A DNA stretch of 57,965 nucleotides from Oscillospiraceae bacterium (lineage in GTDB: Bacteria > Bacillota > Clostridia > Oscillospirales > Acutalibacteraceae): contig CADAMY010000001.1 of NCBI GenBank assembly GCA_902789095.1, positions 1-57,965 of the forward strand. The letters run 5' to 3'. Both the position numbers and the translations under genes were made by a program. The notes beneath the pieces are model-generated. The model worked only from the letters and a program-made list of their open reading frames with translations, was not told the origin of the DNA and ran no database searches. The stretch's first letter is position 1; each line of letters begins with the position of its first letter. Of the stretch, positions 18,561-28,150 are shown in pieces.

Positions 18561-19934
18561 TTATAATGCGGCTTCGTAAGCAGCCCTGATAGTTCTTGCA
18601 GGAATTATCTGAATCTGATCTTTAAGATTCTTCATATTAAGATTTTTAAAATTGTGATATGGAATAATACATTTTGTAAATCCGAGTCTTGCGGCTTCTT
18701 TGACCCTTTGCTCACAGTTGCCGACGCCTCTGATTTCACCGCCGAGACCTATTTCTCCGAAAGCGATAACTTCTTCTTTGATAGGCTCGTCTTTTAAACT
18801 GGAAATAAGCGACAAAGCAACAGAAAGATCAGAAGCAGGCTCATCTACTTTAAGTCCGCCGGCTATGTTGATATAAGCGTCAGTATTTCCGAAAAAATAT
18901 CCGGCTCGTTTTTCAAGAACGGCAATAATCATAGCGAGCCTGTTATAGTCAAATCCGTTAGTCATTCTTCTCGGATTGCCGAAATTTGTTGACGTAACCA
19001 ACGCCTGAACTTCTGCAAGAATCGGTCTTGAGCCTTCCATAACACACATAACGCAGGATCCTGACGTATTTTTCGGTCTGCCGGAAATAAGTACGAGTGA
19101 CGGGTTTTCAACATCCGAAAGACCTGTATCCGTCATTTCAAAAACACCGATCTCGTTAGTTGAGCCGTACCTGTTTTTAACAGCGCGAAGTATTCTGTAA
19201 GACATATGACGTTCGCCTTCAAAATATAAAACAGCGTCAACAATATGTTCAAGCACCTTCGGACCTGCAATATTGCCGTCTTTATTGACGTGACCGACGA
19301 TTATAGACGGGATATTCAGCGCCTTAACAGTATTCATAAGCAGGTTTGTGCATTCTCTGACTTGAGTTACGCTGCCGGTTGAAGAAGAAAGGCTCTGTAT
19401 TCCAACCGTCTGAATCGAGTCGATGATAACAAGATTCGGCTTTTCCTGACGGATATATTCGCAGATACTTTCCATATCTGAATCACAGAGAATCTCAAGA
19501 TTATCGGTATTTACGTCAAGCCTATGCGCCCGAAGCTTGATCTGACCGGCAGATTCTTCACCTGATACATAAAGAATGTCAAGATTCTGACCAAGATACT
19601 GACATATTTGAAGCAGTATAGTTGATTTTCCTATGCCGGGGTCACCGCTGAGCAGTACAAGCGAGCCTTTTACAAGGCCTCCGCCCAACACACGGTCAAG
19701 TTCTTTTAGACCGGTTTTATATCTGATTTCCGTATCGGTTTCGATATTTTTCAATTTGTATGCCGTAAGCTTAACAGCCGCAGAGCCTGAGGAAGTTTTT
19801 GATACGTTTGACGGTCTTACAATTTCTTCTTCAAATGAGTTCCAGCTGCTGCATCCGGGGCATTGACCGTACCATTTTGCGCTTTCATATCCGCATTGAG
19901 AGCAGACAAATTTAGTTTTGCTTTTAAGAGCCAT
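18561..19934 (-). CDS. radA: DNA repair protein RadA (Sms)
   Basis: Zinc ribbon CSQCGY..CPGC, Walker A GDPGIGKST, KNRYG motif and Lon-like C-terminal domain. Start set to the ATG at 19934 (MALKSKTKF). Confidence 0.9.
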   Translation of the reverse strand: MALKSKTKFVCSQCGYESAKWYGQCPGCSSWNSFEEEIVRPSNVSKTSSGSAAVKLTAYKLKNIETDTEIRYKTGLKELDRVLGGGLVKGSLVLLSGDPGIGKSTILLQICQYLGQNLDILYVSGEESAGQIKLRAHRLDVNTDNLEILCDSDMESICEYIRQEKPNLVIIDSIQTVGIQSLSSSTGSVTQVRECTNLLMNTVKALNIPSIIVGHVNKDGNIAGPKVLEHIVDAVLYFEGERHMSYRILRAVKNRYGSTNEIGVFEMTDTGLSDVENPSLVLISGRPKNTSGSCVMCVMEGSRPILAEVQALVTSTNFGNPRRMTNGFDYNRLAMIIAVLEKRAGYFFGNTDAYINIAGGLKVDEPASDLSVALSLISSLKDEPIKEEVIAFGEIGLGGEIRGVGNCEQRVKEAARLGFTKCIIPYHNFKNLNMKNLKDQIQIIPARTIRAAYEAAL

Positions 19935-20664
19935 CAGTATCACTTTCCTTATAAAAATTTAAAATTCCGTCAGCAATTGACAAAGCTATTTTTTTCTGAT
20001 AATTGTCATCATGCAGCAGTGATAAATCATTTTTATTAGACATAAATCCGCATTCGACCATAATTGACGGCGACTTGGAATTATATAAAAGATAGATTTC
20101 CGTACCCGATTTTTTTATCTGTCTCATATTGTCGGGCTGAATATTCTGAGCAACCGAATCCTGAATTTTCTGAGCTAAAGCCTGACTCATAGGATTGTTT
20201 TTTGAATAAAAAACCTGAGTTCCGTGAACAGACATATCTGCAAAATGATTCTGATGAATGCTTACAAATATAGCGTCAGGGTTTTCATTTATGATTTTCA
20301 TTCTGTTATGTATATCAGATATTTTCTTTTGCCTTAATGTTGCGGAGTCATCGCTGTGGATCGAATCATCGTTTTCCCGCGTCATAATTACGTTGAATCC
20401 GTATAAACAAAGAAGTCTGTTTAATTTCTGAGCGATCTGAAGATTTATTTCTTTTTCAACGGAACCGTCAGATCCTGTTGTGCCGCCGTCGGCTCCGCCG
20501 TGACCTGCGTCAACTATTACAGTTCTAAAATTATAAATATTACCTGAAACGCCGGTAAAAGATTCATTTGTTTTAGCAGTATAAATAATCAGACTTAAGA
20601 TTAAAATAATAAACAGTAATATTATTATAACAGGTTTGTTTTTAATTATTTTAAAGCTTTTCAT
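19924..20664 (-). CDS. cwlD: N-acetylmuramoyl-L-alanine amidase, CwlD-like
   Basis: N-terminal TM segment. Amidase_3 motifs VIVDAGHGG.DGG and EKEINL. Confidence 0.7.
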   Translation of the reverse strand: MKSFKIIKNKPVIIILLFIILILSLIIYTAKTNESFTGVSGNIYNFRTVIVDAGHGGADGGTTGSDGSVEKEINLQIAQKLNRLLCLYGFNVIMTRENDDSIHSDDSATLRQKKISDIHNRMKIINENPDAIFVSIHQNHFADMSVHGTQVFYSKNNPMSQALAQKIQDSVAQNIQPDNMRQIKKSGTEIYLLYNSKSPSIMVECGFMSNKNDLSLLHDDNYQKKIALSIADGILNFYKESDTDGS

Positions 20665-20710
20665 AAACTAAGCACCCCCACATTAACTAATATGCAGGAA
20701 TGATTCTTCT

Positions 20711-21061
20711 ATGAAAAAAGAAATGATGATTTTTTACGGATTTATAATAGGACTTGTAAACTCATTTTTAGGCGCCTGCGGCGGAATAATATGCGTAATG
20801 ATTTTAAAAAAGCAAGGATTGGATCAGAAGCAGGCTCAGGCAAACGCAATAGCCGTAATGCTTCCTTTAAGTATTATAAGTTCCGTAATTTATATAAAAA
20901 ACAGTATTGTCGATGTGAATTCTGCATTGATTTTTATACCCGGAGGGATTGCAGGATCGCTGATCGGATCATATATTCTTCCAAAAGTTTCCGATAAAAA
21001 ACTGAAAAAGATATTTGCTGTATTTATTATCTGGGCAGGAATCAGGATGATAATAAAATGA
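20711..21061 (+). CDS. Half-size TSUP (TauE/SafE) family membrane protein, N-half
   Basis: 116 aa, about 4 TM. Glycine-rich GACGGI motif. Its stop overlaps the next start (ATGA). Confidence 0.6.
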   Translation: MKKEMMIFYGFIIGLVNSFLGACGGIICVMILKKQGLDQKQAQANAIAVMLPLSIISSVIYIKNSIVDVNSALIFIPGGIAGSLIGSYILPKVSDKKLKKIFAVFIIWAGIRMIIK

Positions 21062-21423
21062 CCGTTTATAATATAATCGCATCTGTTTTATCGGGATTTA
21101 TCGGATCAATGGGTATGGGCGGCGGAGGAATACTGATAATTTATTTAACAGCTATTCTCGATCTGCCGCAGTTATATTCACAGGGGATCAACCTGTTGAT
21201 TTTTATACCTACTGCCGTTACTGCAATAATCCGATATATTAAACTTAAAATAATTGATTTCAGCAAGGTTAAACAGTTTTATTATCTTATAATTCCCGGA
21301 GCATTGGCAGGATTTTATCTCACTCAGATTACAGATAAAAATATTTCCGGTAAAGTATTCGGAGTATTTCTTTTAATAACAGGCTTAATTGAATTGTTTA
21401 AAAAAGCAAAAAGCCATAATTAA
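21058..21423 (+). CDS. Half-size TSUP (TauE/SafE) family membrane protein, C-half
   Basis: 121 aa, about 4 TM. GMGGGGILIIY motif. Confidence 0.6.
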   Translation: MTVYNIIASVLSGFIGSMGMGGGGILIIYLTAILDLPQLYSQGINLLIFIPTAVTAIIRYIKLKIIDFSKVKQFYYLIIPGALAGFYLTQITDKNISGKVFGVFLLITGLIELFKKAKSHN

Positions 21424-21450
21424 AAATATTTTCAATTATGGCTTTAACAA

Positions 21451-21861
21451 TTATTTTCTTGAATCTATAAAAGACTGAAGGATAACGACAGCTGCAACTG
21501 CGTCAACGGTATTTTTACGTTTTTTTCCTCTTGTATTGGTGTCGTTTAGATATTTGTGAGCCGTGACGGTAGTCAGCCTTTCATCCCACATCATTGTCTC
21601 AATTTTGCATCTCTCTTTTATACTCTGAGCAAAGTCGATACACTTCTTCCCTCTCTCCCCTGTTGAGCCGTCCATATTTTTCGGAAGTCCAACTATTATA
21701 AGTTCAGGTTTGATCTCAGAAGAGAGAATCTGAATTCTGTCAATGATCTTAGGTACATACGACTCGTGGATGACTTCCACAGGCGAAGCAAGCATTTCAA
21801 ATTTATCGCAAACCGCAAGTCCGGTTCTTGCGTCACCGTAATCTACAGACATTATTATCAT
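21451..21861 (-). CDS. ruvX: Holliday junction resolvase-like RuvX (YqgF)
   Basis: MSVDYGDARTGLAVCD N-terminus. Typical ~135-aa length. The start could be 21852 instead. Confidence 0.85.
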   Translation of the reverse strand: MIIMSVDYGDARTGLAVCDKFEMLASPVEVIHESYVPKIIDRIQILSSEIKPELIIVGLPKNMDGSTGERGKKCIDFAQSIKERCKIETMMWDERLTTVTAHKYLNDTNTRGKKRKNTVDAVAAVVILQSFIDSRK

Positions 21862-21867
21862 ATTAAA

Positions 21868-24162
21868 TTACCCTGCCGCATTATTGCCTGTACCGCCGCC
21901 GTTACCGCCTGTTCCTGCTCCTGTTCCTCCGGCATTACCGCCGCCGGTTCCGCCTCCTGCTCCATTACCTGTACCTGTACCGATCCCGTTGCCTGTGCCG
22001 GTTCCTGTTCCGGTACCTGCACCGTCAGAAGCTTTTGTTGATGATACTGCTGAAGCATGACCGCCGCAGTATCCTGGTAAATGACCTTCCTTATAATAAC
22101 CAACGTTTGAAGATCCTGTTGAATAAGAAGCAAGCTTGCCGCAGATCGGACAATAATATTTCTTAACAACATTACCGTTGAACTCAAATTCTTTAGCAGG
22201 TAAGTTCTTATGGATACGATTCATTACTTCTTTGAAAATATCACCTGCAGGGTTTGTGCTTGCATTGATTCTCTGCGGTTTATCATAACCGTACCATACC
22301 GCTGAGAAATAATAAGGTGAGCCGCCTGCAAACCATCTGTCCTTATAATCGTCGGTGGTACCGGTTTTAGCAAACGTATCAAATCTGTTGAGCTTGTATC
22401 CGTAACCTGTACCGATAGTCTGCGTAACAACGGTTTTCATCATTTCTCTCATGATATCCGCTGTTTCTGCAGAGAAAACTCTTTCGCCGGTGTTATTGGT
22501 GTTGTCAAGAATTACATCGCCGTTTGAATCGGTAACTTTATAATAAGAATAAGGTTTATAATAAAGACCGCCGTTGCCGATAGAGCAGAATGCTGCTGTT
22601 AAATCAAGTGAAGTTACACCGTGATTAAATGCGCCGATCGCAAGACGCTGAAGCGAGTTATCCGCACCGTCGTCAAGAGTTGATATTCCGAGTTTTTCTG
22701 TCAGATATTCATATGAAGTTTTGACACCGATCATATCCTGAATTATTCTTGCAGGAACGGTATTAAGGCTTCGCGCAAGTGCATTCTGAGCAGTAACCCT
22801 GCCGCCGCTGCCGTAATTGCCGCTGTAGTTTTTGGGCCAAGGTCTTCCCTGTATCGTAGTGCAGGATTTATCAAGTATCAGTGATGAATAGGTTATATCA
22901 TCAGATTCAAGCGCAGGAGCATAAGCGCTCAGAGGTTTGATTGATGATCCGGGAGGTCTCGGGGAGTCGGTAGCCCTGTTAAGTCCTCTGGCTTCTTCTT
23001 TAACGCCTGCCTGACCGACTATGCCAAGCACTCTGCCTTCATAATCCATTATAGTCATAGCAGCCTGAGCGTTCTTCTTATCATAAAAAGCTACCTTATT
23101 TTCAAATACATATTCAAGCGTATCCTGAACGTCAAGATCAACAGCGGTATATATCTGAAGTCCGCCGCCGTAAATCTGGCCTGAAGCTTCGGATCTTGAA
23201 CAATTCTGGCTTTCCATAAGGTCGTTTATAACCTGTTTGATAACAAAGTCAACGTAAAAGCCCTGAATCTCTTCTTTTTCTTCTTCTTCTTTCTCATTCT
23301 TATTAGTATCGGATTTATGATCTTTTTTATACTCTTCCGAATTGGTCAGAACGAGCTTGTAATTCATTGCTTCATCCATTTCAGCCTGAGTTATATAGCC
23401 GCTTTCAAGCATACATTCAAGGCAGTACTGGAATCTTTTTCTGTTGTTTTCATAGTGCGAAATCGGGTCAAGCGAATAAGGATTTCTTGTAGTTGCGGCG
23501 ATAGTTGCGATTTCAGCAAGATTAAGATCTTTTAATTCTTTGCCGAAATATGTTTCAGCCGCAGTCTGAATACCGTAAGCGCCTTTGCCGAGGTAAATAG
23601 TGTTAAGATAAGCTTCAAGGATTACGTCCTTTGCGTTGTATCCTTCTTTTGCATAAGCTCGTTCAATATTGAGTGCAGTAAGAATTTCATGGTATTTACG
23701 AACGTAGGTAACTTCGTTTTTACCGGTAATATTCTTAATAAGCTGCTGAGTTATGGTCGATCCGCCCTGACTGTTGTTCTTAACAAGCACACCGAATGTT
23801 CTGCGCCAGTTTACGCCGTTATGATTATAAAATGTTTTATCTTCCATAGCGACAAACGCCTGCTGAATCTTTTCAGGAACATTTTCCAGGTCTACCCAGA
23901 CACGGTTTTCTGTTCCGTGCAGACGCGTCAGCTCAATAGTTTCGCCTTCGGAGTTGTTGGCATAAAGGAAAGTTGTCTGATTAAGGCTGCTTTTTATGCT
24001 TGAAAGGGTGATCTGAGCATCTCCGTTAATAACAGAGAGCGCATTTATTCCGACAAATCCGACAACTATAACGATGGTAAAAAGTATAGTCGCAAGAATC
24101 GAAATAAAAACAGCACCGACATTAGAAACAGCATTCTTTTTCTTTTGCTTTTTAGATGCCAT
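21868..24162 (-). CDS. Class A penicillin-binding protein (transglycosylase + transpeptidase) with Gly/Thr/Asn-rich tail
   Basis: EDKTFYNHNGVNW, GGSTITQQL, SSIKP (SxxK), SLN and KTGTT. Start set to the ATG at 24162 (AAGGAGGATG RBS). Confidence 0.9.
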   Translation of the reverse strand: MASKKQKKKNAVSNVGAVFISILATILFTIVIVVGFVGINALSVINGDAQITLSSIKSSLNQTTFLYANNSEGETIELTRLHGTENRVWVDLENVPEKIQQAFVAMEDKTFYNHNGVNWRRTFGVLVKNNSQGGSTITQQLIKNITGKNEVTYVRKYHEILTALNIERAYAKEGYNAKDVILEAYLNTIYLGKGAYGIQTAAETYFGKELKDLNLAEIATIAATTRNPYSLDPISHYENNRKRFQYCLECMLESGYITQAEMDEAMNYKLVLTNSEEYKKDHKSDTNKNEKEEEEKEEIQGFYVDFVIKQVINDLMESQNCSRSEASGQIYGGGLQIYTAVDLDVQDTLEYVFENKVAFYDKKNAQAAMTIMDYEGRVLGIVGQAGVKEEARGLNRATDSPRPPGSSIKPLSAYAPALESDDITYSSLILDKSCTTIQGRPWPKNYSGNYGSGGRVTAQNALARSLNTVPARIIQDMIGVKTSYEYLTEKLGISTLDDGADNSLQRLAIGAFNHGVTSLDLTAAFCSIGNGGLYYKPYSYYKVTDSNGDVILDNTNNTGERVFSAETADIMREMMKTVVTQTIGTGYGYKLNRFDTFAKTGTTDDYKDRWFAGGSPYYFSAVWYGYDKPQRINASTNPAGDIFKEVMNRIHKNLPAKEFEFNGNVVKKYYCPICGKLASYSTGSSNVGYYKEGHLPGYCGGHASAVSSTKASDGAGTGTGTGTGNGIGTGTGNGAGGGTGGGNAGGTGAGTGGNGGGTGNNAAG
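21871..22032 (-). repeat. Low-complexity GC-rich tract encoding a ~54-aa G/T/N tail of the PBP
   Basis: Encodes ...GAGTGTGTGTGNGIGTGTGNGAGGGTGGGNAGGTGAGTGGNGGGTGNNAAG. Made of imperfect GGN/ACN codon repeats. Confidence 0.6.
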
Positions 24163-24179
24163 TAAATTTACATCCTCCT

Positions 24180-25418
24180 TTATGTTAATATAGCTTTGCG
24201 AAGCAGCGCTCCGCATTCTACGGGTATATCGCTTTCAAATGAGAATTTCATCATAGGATGAGGGGCATTCTCTATTGTTTCTCCGTTTTCGTTTTTAAGA
24301 TTTTTAACGGTTATTTTATAAGGTTCTTTGCCTTTCGGCATAACTTCGAGTTCATCGTTTTCAAAGAAACGGTTGCGCTGGAAGCCGTAAACTGTGCCGT
24401 TTTCATATCCTGTTACTTCAGCGGCTACGTTCCATTCACGTTTGTATCCGCCGTCATAAAAAATCTGAGCGTCATCAAGCGGAGAAGTATAATAAAAACC
24501 GGTGCAGTATTCTCTGTAGCTGACTTTGCATACTTCCTGACGTATCCAGTCTGACAATTTATAATCATCTGTCTCGTTACATAAGTATTCGTCAATAGCG
24601 GCTCTGTAAGCGTTGGTAATTACCGAAGTATAATATGCGGATTTTGCTCTGCCTTCAATTTTAAAGCTGGTAATTCCGGCTTTAATGAGTTCGGGAATAT
24701 GCTCTATCATACACATATCACGGGAATTCATAAGATAAGTGCCCTTGCCGTCTTCCATGATCGGAAAATAATCTCCCGGTCTTGTCTGCTCAACTAAAGC
24801 GTAATTCCATCTGCAAGGCTGAGCACAGTCTCCTCTGTTGGCGTCTCTGCCTGTAAGATAATTTGAAATAAGGCATCTGCCTGAAAAAGACATACACATA
24901 GCGCCGTGAACAAAGCACTCGATATCCATATCTGAAGGAATTTTTGCTCTGAGTTCGCTTATATCTTCAAGTGATAATTCGCGAGCAGTAACTATTCTTT
25001 TAGCTCCGAGCTCATAATAAGCTCTTGCGGTTTCATAATTAGTTATACCGGCCTGAGTGGAAATATGAATTTCCATATCTGGAACGTGTTTTTTTGCAAG
25101 CATCATTGTTCCGAGATCGGATATTATCAGCGCATCAACACCGCATTTTTCAGCATTTTTCAAAAACTCCGGAAGTCTTGAAAGCTCGTTGTTTCTCGGA
25201 ACGGTATTACAGGTAAGATATACATTAACGTTCTTTTTATGAGCATCTTCACAAGCTGAGGTCAGCTCTTCAAAAGTAAAATTTGAAGGAGCCGCTCTCA
25301 TTCCGAATTCTGCTCCGCCGACATAAACGGCGTCGGCTCCGTAATATAAAGCTTTGTCAAATCTTTCACGGTCGCCTGCCGGAGCAAGAAGTTCCGGAGC
25401 TTTAATAAATTCTTTCAT
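24180..25418 (-). CDS. Peptidase U32 family protein
   Basis: U32 signature ECFVHGAMCMSFSGRCLIS..DANRGDCAQPCRW. Start set to the ATG at 25418 (MKEFIKAPELLAP), 1 nt after the mltG stop. Confidence 0.85.
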   Translation of the reverse strand: MKEFIKAPELLAPAGDRERFDKALYYGADAVYVGGAEFGMRAAPSNFTFEELTSACEDAHKKNVNVYLTCNTVPRNNELSRLPEFLKNAEKCGVDALIISDLGTMMLAKKHVPDMEIHISTQAGITNYETARAYYELGAKRIVTARELSLEDISELRAKIPSDMDIECFVHGAMCMSFSGRCLISNYLTGRDANRGDCAQPCRWNYALVEQTRPGDYFPIMEDGKGTYLMNSRDMCMIEHIPELIKAGITSFKIEGRAKSAYYTSVITNAYRAAIDEYLCNETDDYKLSDWIRQEVCKVSYREYCTGFYYTSPLDDAQIFYDGGYKREWNVAAEVTGYENGTVYGFQRNRFFENDELEVMPKGKEPYKITVKNLKNENGETIENAPHPMMKFSFESDIPVECGALLRKAILT

Positions 25419-25419
25419 A

Positions 25420-26778
25420 TCAGTTTCCGCCTGCTTTGATTGCCTGAACCTGATTGGCTTCATGTTCTTTCTGATTTTTAGCAAGATAAATTTTACCCTT
25501 GCTGTCATGAAGGAAGAAATAGTAATTTGATTCTTCAGGATACAACGCGGCTTCAATAGCGTCATCACCGGGGTTGCAGATTGGTCCGGGAGGAAGTCCT
25601 TTGATCGCTGAAGTATCATAGTAGCTCATATATTCGTTTCCTTTTGCAAGACCGACTACTTTGGTGACGTAATTCGAAATGTAAACGGATGTAGAATCAC
25701 AGCCGAGAGTCGGATATGTTACGGAATTTTTAAGTCGGTTATGGATTACGGAAGAAACAATTTTCATCTGGTCTGTGTCAGCCGCTTCCTTCTGAATAAT
25801 TGATGCGATCGTAATGATTTCTTCCATAGTGTAACCTAATTTTTCAGCGCGTTTCTGATATTCATCAGTCCAATGATTGCTGAAAGTTGACAAAAACTTT
25901 CTGATAACGTAGTTAGCATCAGCATTGAGATAGAAATCATAGGTATCAGGGAAAAGATATCCTTCAAAATTCTGATATTTCTTTTCAGATTTTACTACAT
26001 TATTTACAAAATCAAACTCAAAGTCTACTTTATTGAGCGCGGAGTAAAGCTTATCTGTACTGCATACCTCGTATTTATTAAGTTTTTCAAACATCTGAGT
26101 AATTGTCCAGCCTTCCGGAAAGCTGAGCTTAATGGTGTCAGCCGTCTGAGGAGCAGCCATACATTTAAGGAGCATACCTTCAACGCCCATTGATCTGTCA
26201 AAAGTATAAACGCCGCTGAGGTATTTGTATTTTTTAGTGTTGTCAAGATTTCTGAATTGAGCAAAAAGTTTGCAGAGATACTTTCTTTTAACAAGTCCCG
26301 CATCAGCTAAAAGATCAATTATCTGATCATAAGTCGCATTTTCGGGAATCTGAACTTCAATATCATCTTTTGAAGTGCTGATAGCGAGAATATCATTGAT
26401 AGCAGAAATTGAAATGTATGAAGCAGTCGAAGTAAAAATAAGTATAAGCGCAAAAAGCACAACGGCGAATTTACTGCCGACTGATCTTTTTTTCTTTTTT
26501 TTCTGAGAAGCAGGTTTAGCGGGAGCTGACTCCTTTGCTGCTTCATACTTTTTGCTGCCGTAACTTGTATTAGCAGCTCTTTTACCCTTATAATTTGAAA
26601 AATAAACAGATGCGCTGTCTGATGATGAATCATTTTTGGAAGAAGAATAGTCAAGCTCGTCATCATCAATATGGACAACAAATTTCTGTTTTTTCGGTTT
26701 TTCAGGTTTTTCTTCTGACGTCAGTTTCAATAAATCATCAATATTTTTATCCTGATAATTAGATTTATTATCATCCAT
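25420..26778 (-). CDS. mltG: Endolytic murein transglycosylase MltG (YceG-like)
   Basis: Low-complexity N-terminus, a single TM segment, and a YceG domain with ASIIQKEA. Confidence 0.85.
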   Translation of the reverse strand: MDDNKSNYQDKNIDDLLKLTSEEKPEKPKKQKFVVHIDDDELDYSSSKNDSSSDSASVYFSNYKGKRAANTSYGSKKYEAAKESAPAKPASQKKKKKRSVGSKFAVVLFALILIFTSTASYISISAINDILAISTSKDDIEVQIPENATYDQIIDLLADAGLVKRKYLCKLFAQFRNLDNTKKYKYLSGVYTFDRSMGVEGMLLKCMAAPQTADTIKLSFPEGWTITQMFEKLNKYEVCSTDKLYSALNKVDFEFDFVNNVVKSEKKYQNFEGYLFPDTYDFYLNADANYVIRKFLSTFSNHWTDEYQKRAEKLGYTMEEIITIASIIQKEAADTDQMKIVSSVIHNRLKNSVTYPTLGCDSTSVYISNYVTKVVGLAKGNEYMSYYDTSAIKGLPPGPICNPGDDAIEAALYPEESNYYFFLHDSKGKIYLAKNQKEHEANQVQAIKAGGN

Positions 26779-26802
26779 AATTCTTCCTCCTTACTTTAAA
26801 AT

Positions 26803-27348
26803 TTATATTGAACATTGCAGCGAACTTTTTAGTTTATTTACATAATCGCTGCTCCTGAATTTTTTTACGATCTCCAATCCGAATTTAACGGCGCTGCCCA
26901 TTCCCTTAGCAGTTATTATGTTGTCGTCTGTAACAACAAATTCATCCGAAATAACTGCTCCTTCAAGTTCGTCTTCAAATCCCGGGAAACATACAGCGTT
27001 TTTATTTTTCAGCATACCTTTATGACCGAGTATTGAAGGAGCGGCGCAGATTGCGCAGATCTGTTTGTTATTCAAAAAGCAGTAGTCAAGAAATTTATTA
27101 ACTGTTTCATTCTGCTCAAGATTAACAGTACCCGGCATACCGCCCGGCAGCAAAATACCGTCAATATCGTCAGCAAGATTTATTTCGCTTTCGTCCATAT
27201 CGCAGAAGACGGGAATATTATGTGATCCGCAGACGATTTTAGAACCGATACCGACTGTAGCGATTTCAATTTCCGCTCTTCTGATTACGTCAATGGCGGC
27301 AATAGCCTCTACTTCTTCAAATCCTTTAGCAAGAAAAGCATAAATCAT
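26803..27348 (-). CDS. DJ-1/PfpI family protein
   Basis: Start set to the ATG at 27348. Nucleophile-elbow cysteine AICAAPSIL. Confidence 0.8.
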   Translation of the reverse strand: MIYAFLAKGFEEVEAIAAIDVIRRAEIEIATVGIGSKIVCGSHNIPVFCDMDESEINLADDIDGILLPGGMPGTVNLEQNETVNKFLDYCFLNNKQICAICAAPSILGHKGMLKNKNAVCFPGFEDELEGAVISDEFVVTDDNIITAKGMGSAVKFGLEIVKKFRSSDYVNKLKSSLQCSI

Positions 27349-27426
27349 ATAATAACCTCTGTATAGTAAATTCACAATATTATACTACAATTTTTTAAAA
27401 ATGTAAATACAAAACGGAATTAAAAG

Positions 27427-28095
27427 TTAAAAATCAAGCAAATTTTCAATGATTTCATATATTTCAGAGCTGATTGATTCAATTGAACGAGGATTTTCAC
27501 CGTCTGAACAGTCAATAAGATACCATCCGAGCTTAGCGGAAGCATGTTTTGCGGCAACTCTGCATTTGTTGAGATACGAAATATTTTTTTCGTGAATATC
27601 TTTTTTATTCTCATCGCCGTTGTATCTGCCCGTCATCATTTTCTGAGAAATTTCAACCGGCATATCAAGATAAATTACGGCATCCGGCTCCGGCACACCG
27701 ATTTTTTTGTATTCAAAATCGCTGAGCCATTCAAAAAAAGAGTCCCATTCTTCTTCAGGCAGCTTGGTAGCCTGATGATATGCGTTTGAAGCAGTATAAC
27801 GGTCAGCTAAAATCAATACGCCGTTGTCATAATCTTCTTTCCATTTTGTTTTATAATTTGCGAATCTGTCAACAGTATAAAACGCTGAAGCGGCATAAGC
27901 GTTGACATCATCGGGATTTTTGCCGAATTCACCGTTGAGATACATTTTAACTACTGCGCTTGAATCACTTTCATAATCAGGTAATTTGATTTGTTTGAAA
28001 GTAATATTTTTTTCATTGAGTCTGTCGATCAGTCTTTCTATCTGAGTGGATTTTCCGCTGCCGTCAAGACCCTCGATTACTATCAGTTTTCCCAT
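27427..28095 (-). CDS. tmk: Thymidylate kinase-family protein
   Basis: P-loop IEGLDGSGKSTQ and LADRY motif. Confidence 0.75.
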   Translation of the reverse strand: MGKLIVIEGLDGSGKSTQIERLIDRLNEKNITFKQIKLPDYESDSSAVVKMYLNGEFGKNPDDVNAYAASAFYTVDRFANYKTKWKEDYDNGVLILADRYTASNAYHQATKLPEEEWDSFFEWLSDFEYKKIGVPEPDAVIYLDMPVEISQKMMTGRYNGDENKKDIHEKNISYLNKCRVAAKHASAKLGWYLIDCSDGENPRSIESISSEIYEIIENLLDF

Positions 28096-28150
28096 ATTTT
28101 TCCCCCGTTCTGTTATAAAACAGAGCAGCGGTTTTCCCGCCGCTCACAGA

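Noticed and set aside
21766-22187. Shadow ORFs over the PBP tail, and other antisense ORFs inside clear genes (e.g. 26319..26681, 45315..45629, 45870..46115, 46758..47456, 42596..43072, 44301..44681)
   Set aside because: They lie entirely within, and antisense to or out of frame with, well-supported conserved genes. Their composition is biased and they have no RBS.
24180-25619. Long N-terminal extensions in track ORFs (24180..25619, 21868..24216, 13661..15961, 15933..16673, 40009..41463, 26803..27375, 28151..31972)
   Set aside because: The extensions overlap upstream genes or lack an RBS. Internal ATGs with good SDs give N-termini that match the family, and those were used instead.
28096-28150. 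Hairpin GAGCGGCGG/CCGCTGCTC between the MMPL gene and tmk, considered as a terminator
   Set aside because: The stem is imperfect and the U-tract is short. It lies in a 55-nt gap between co-oriented genes. It could be a weak attenuator, but the evidence is too thin to annotate.
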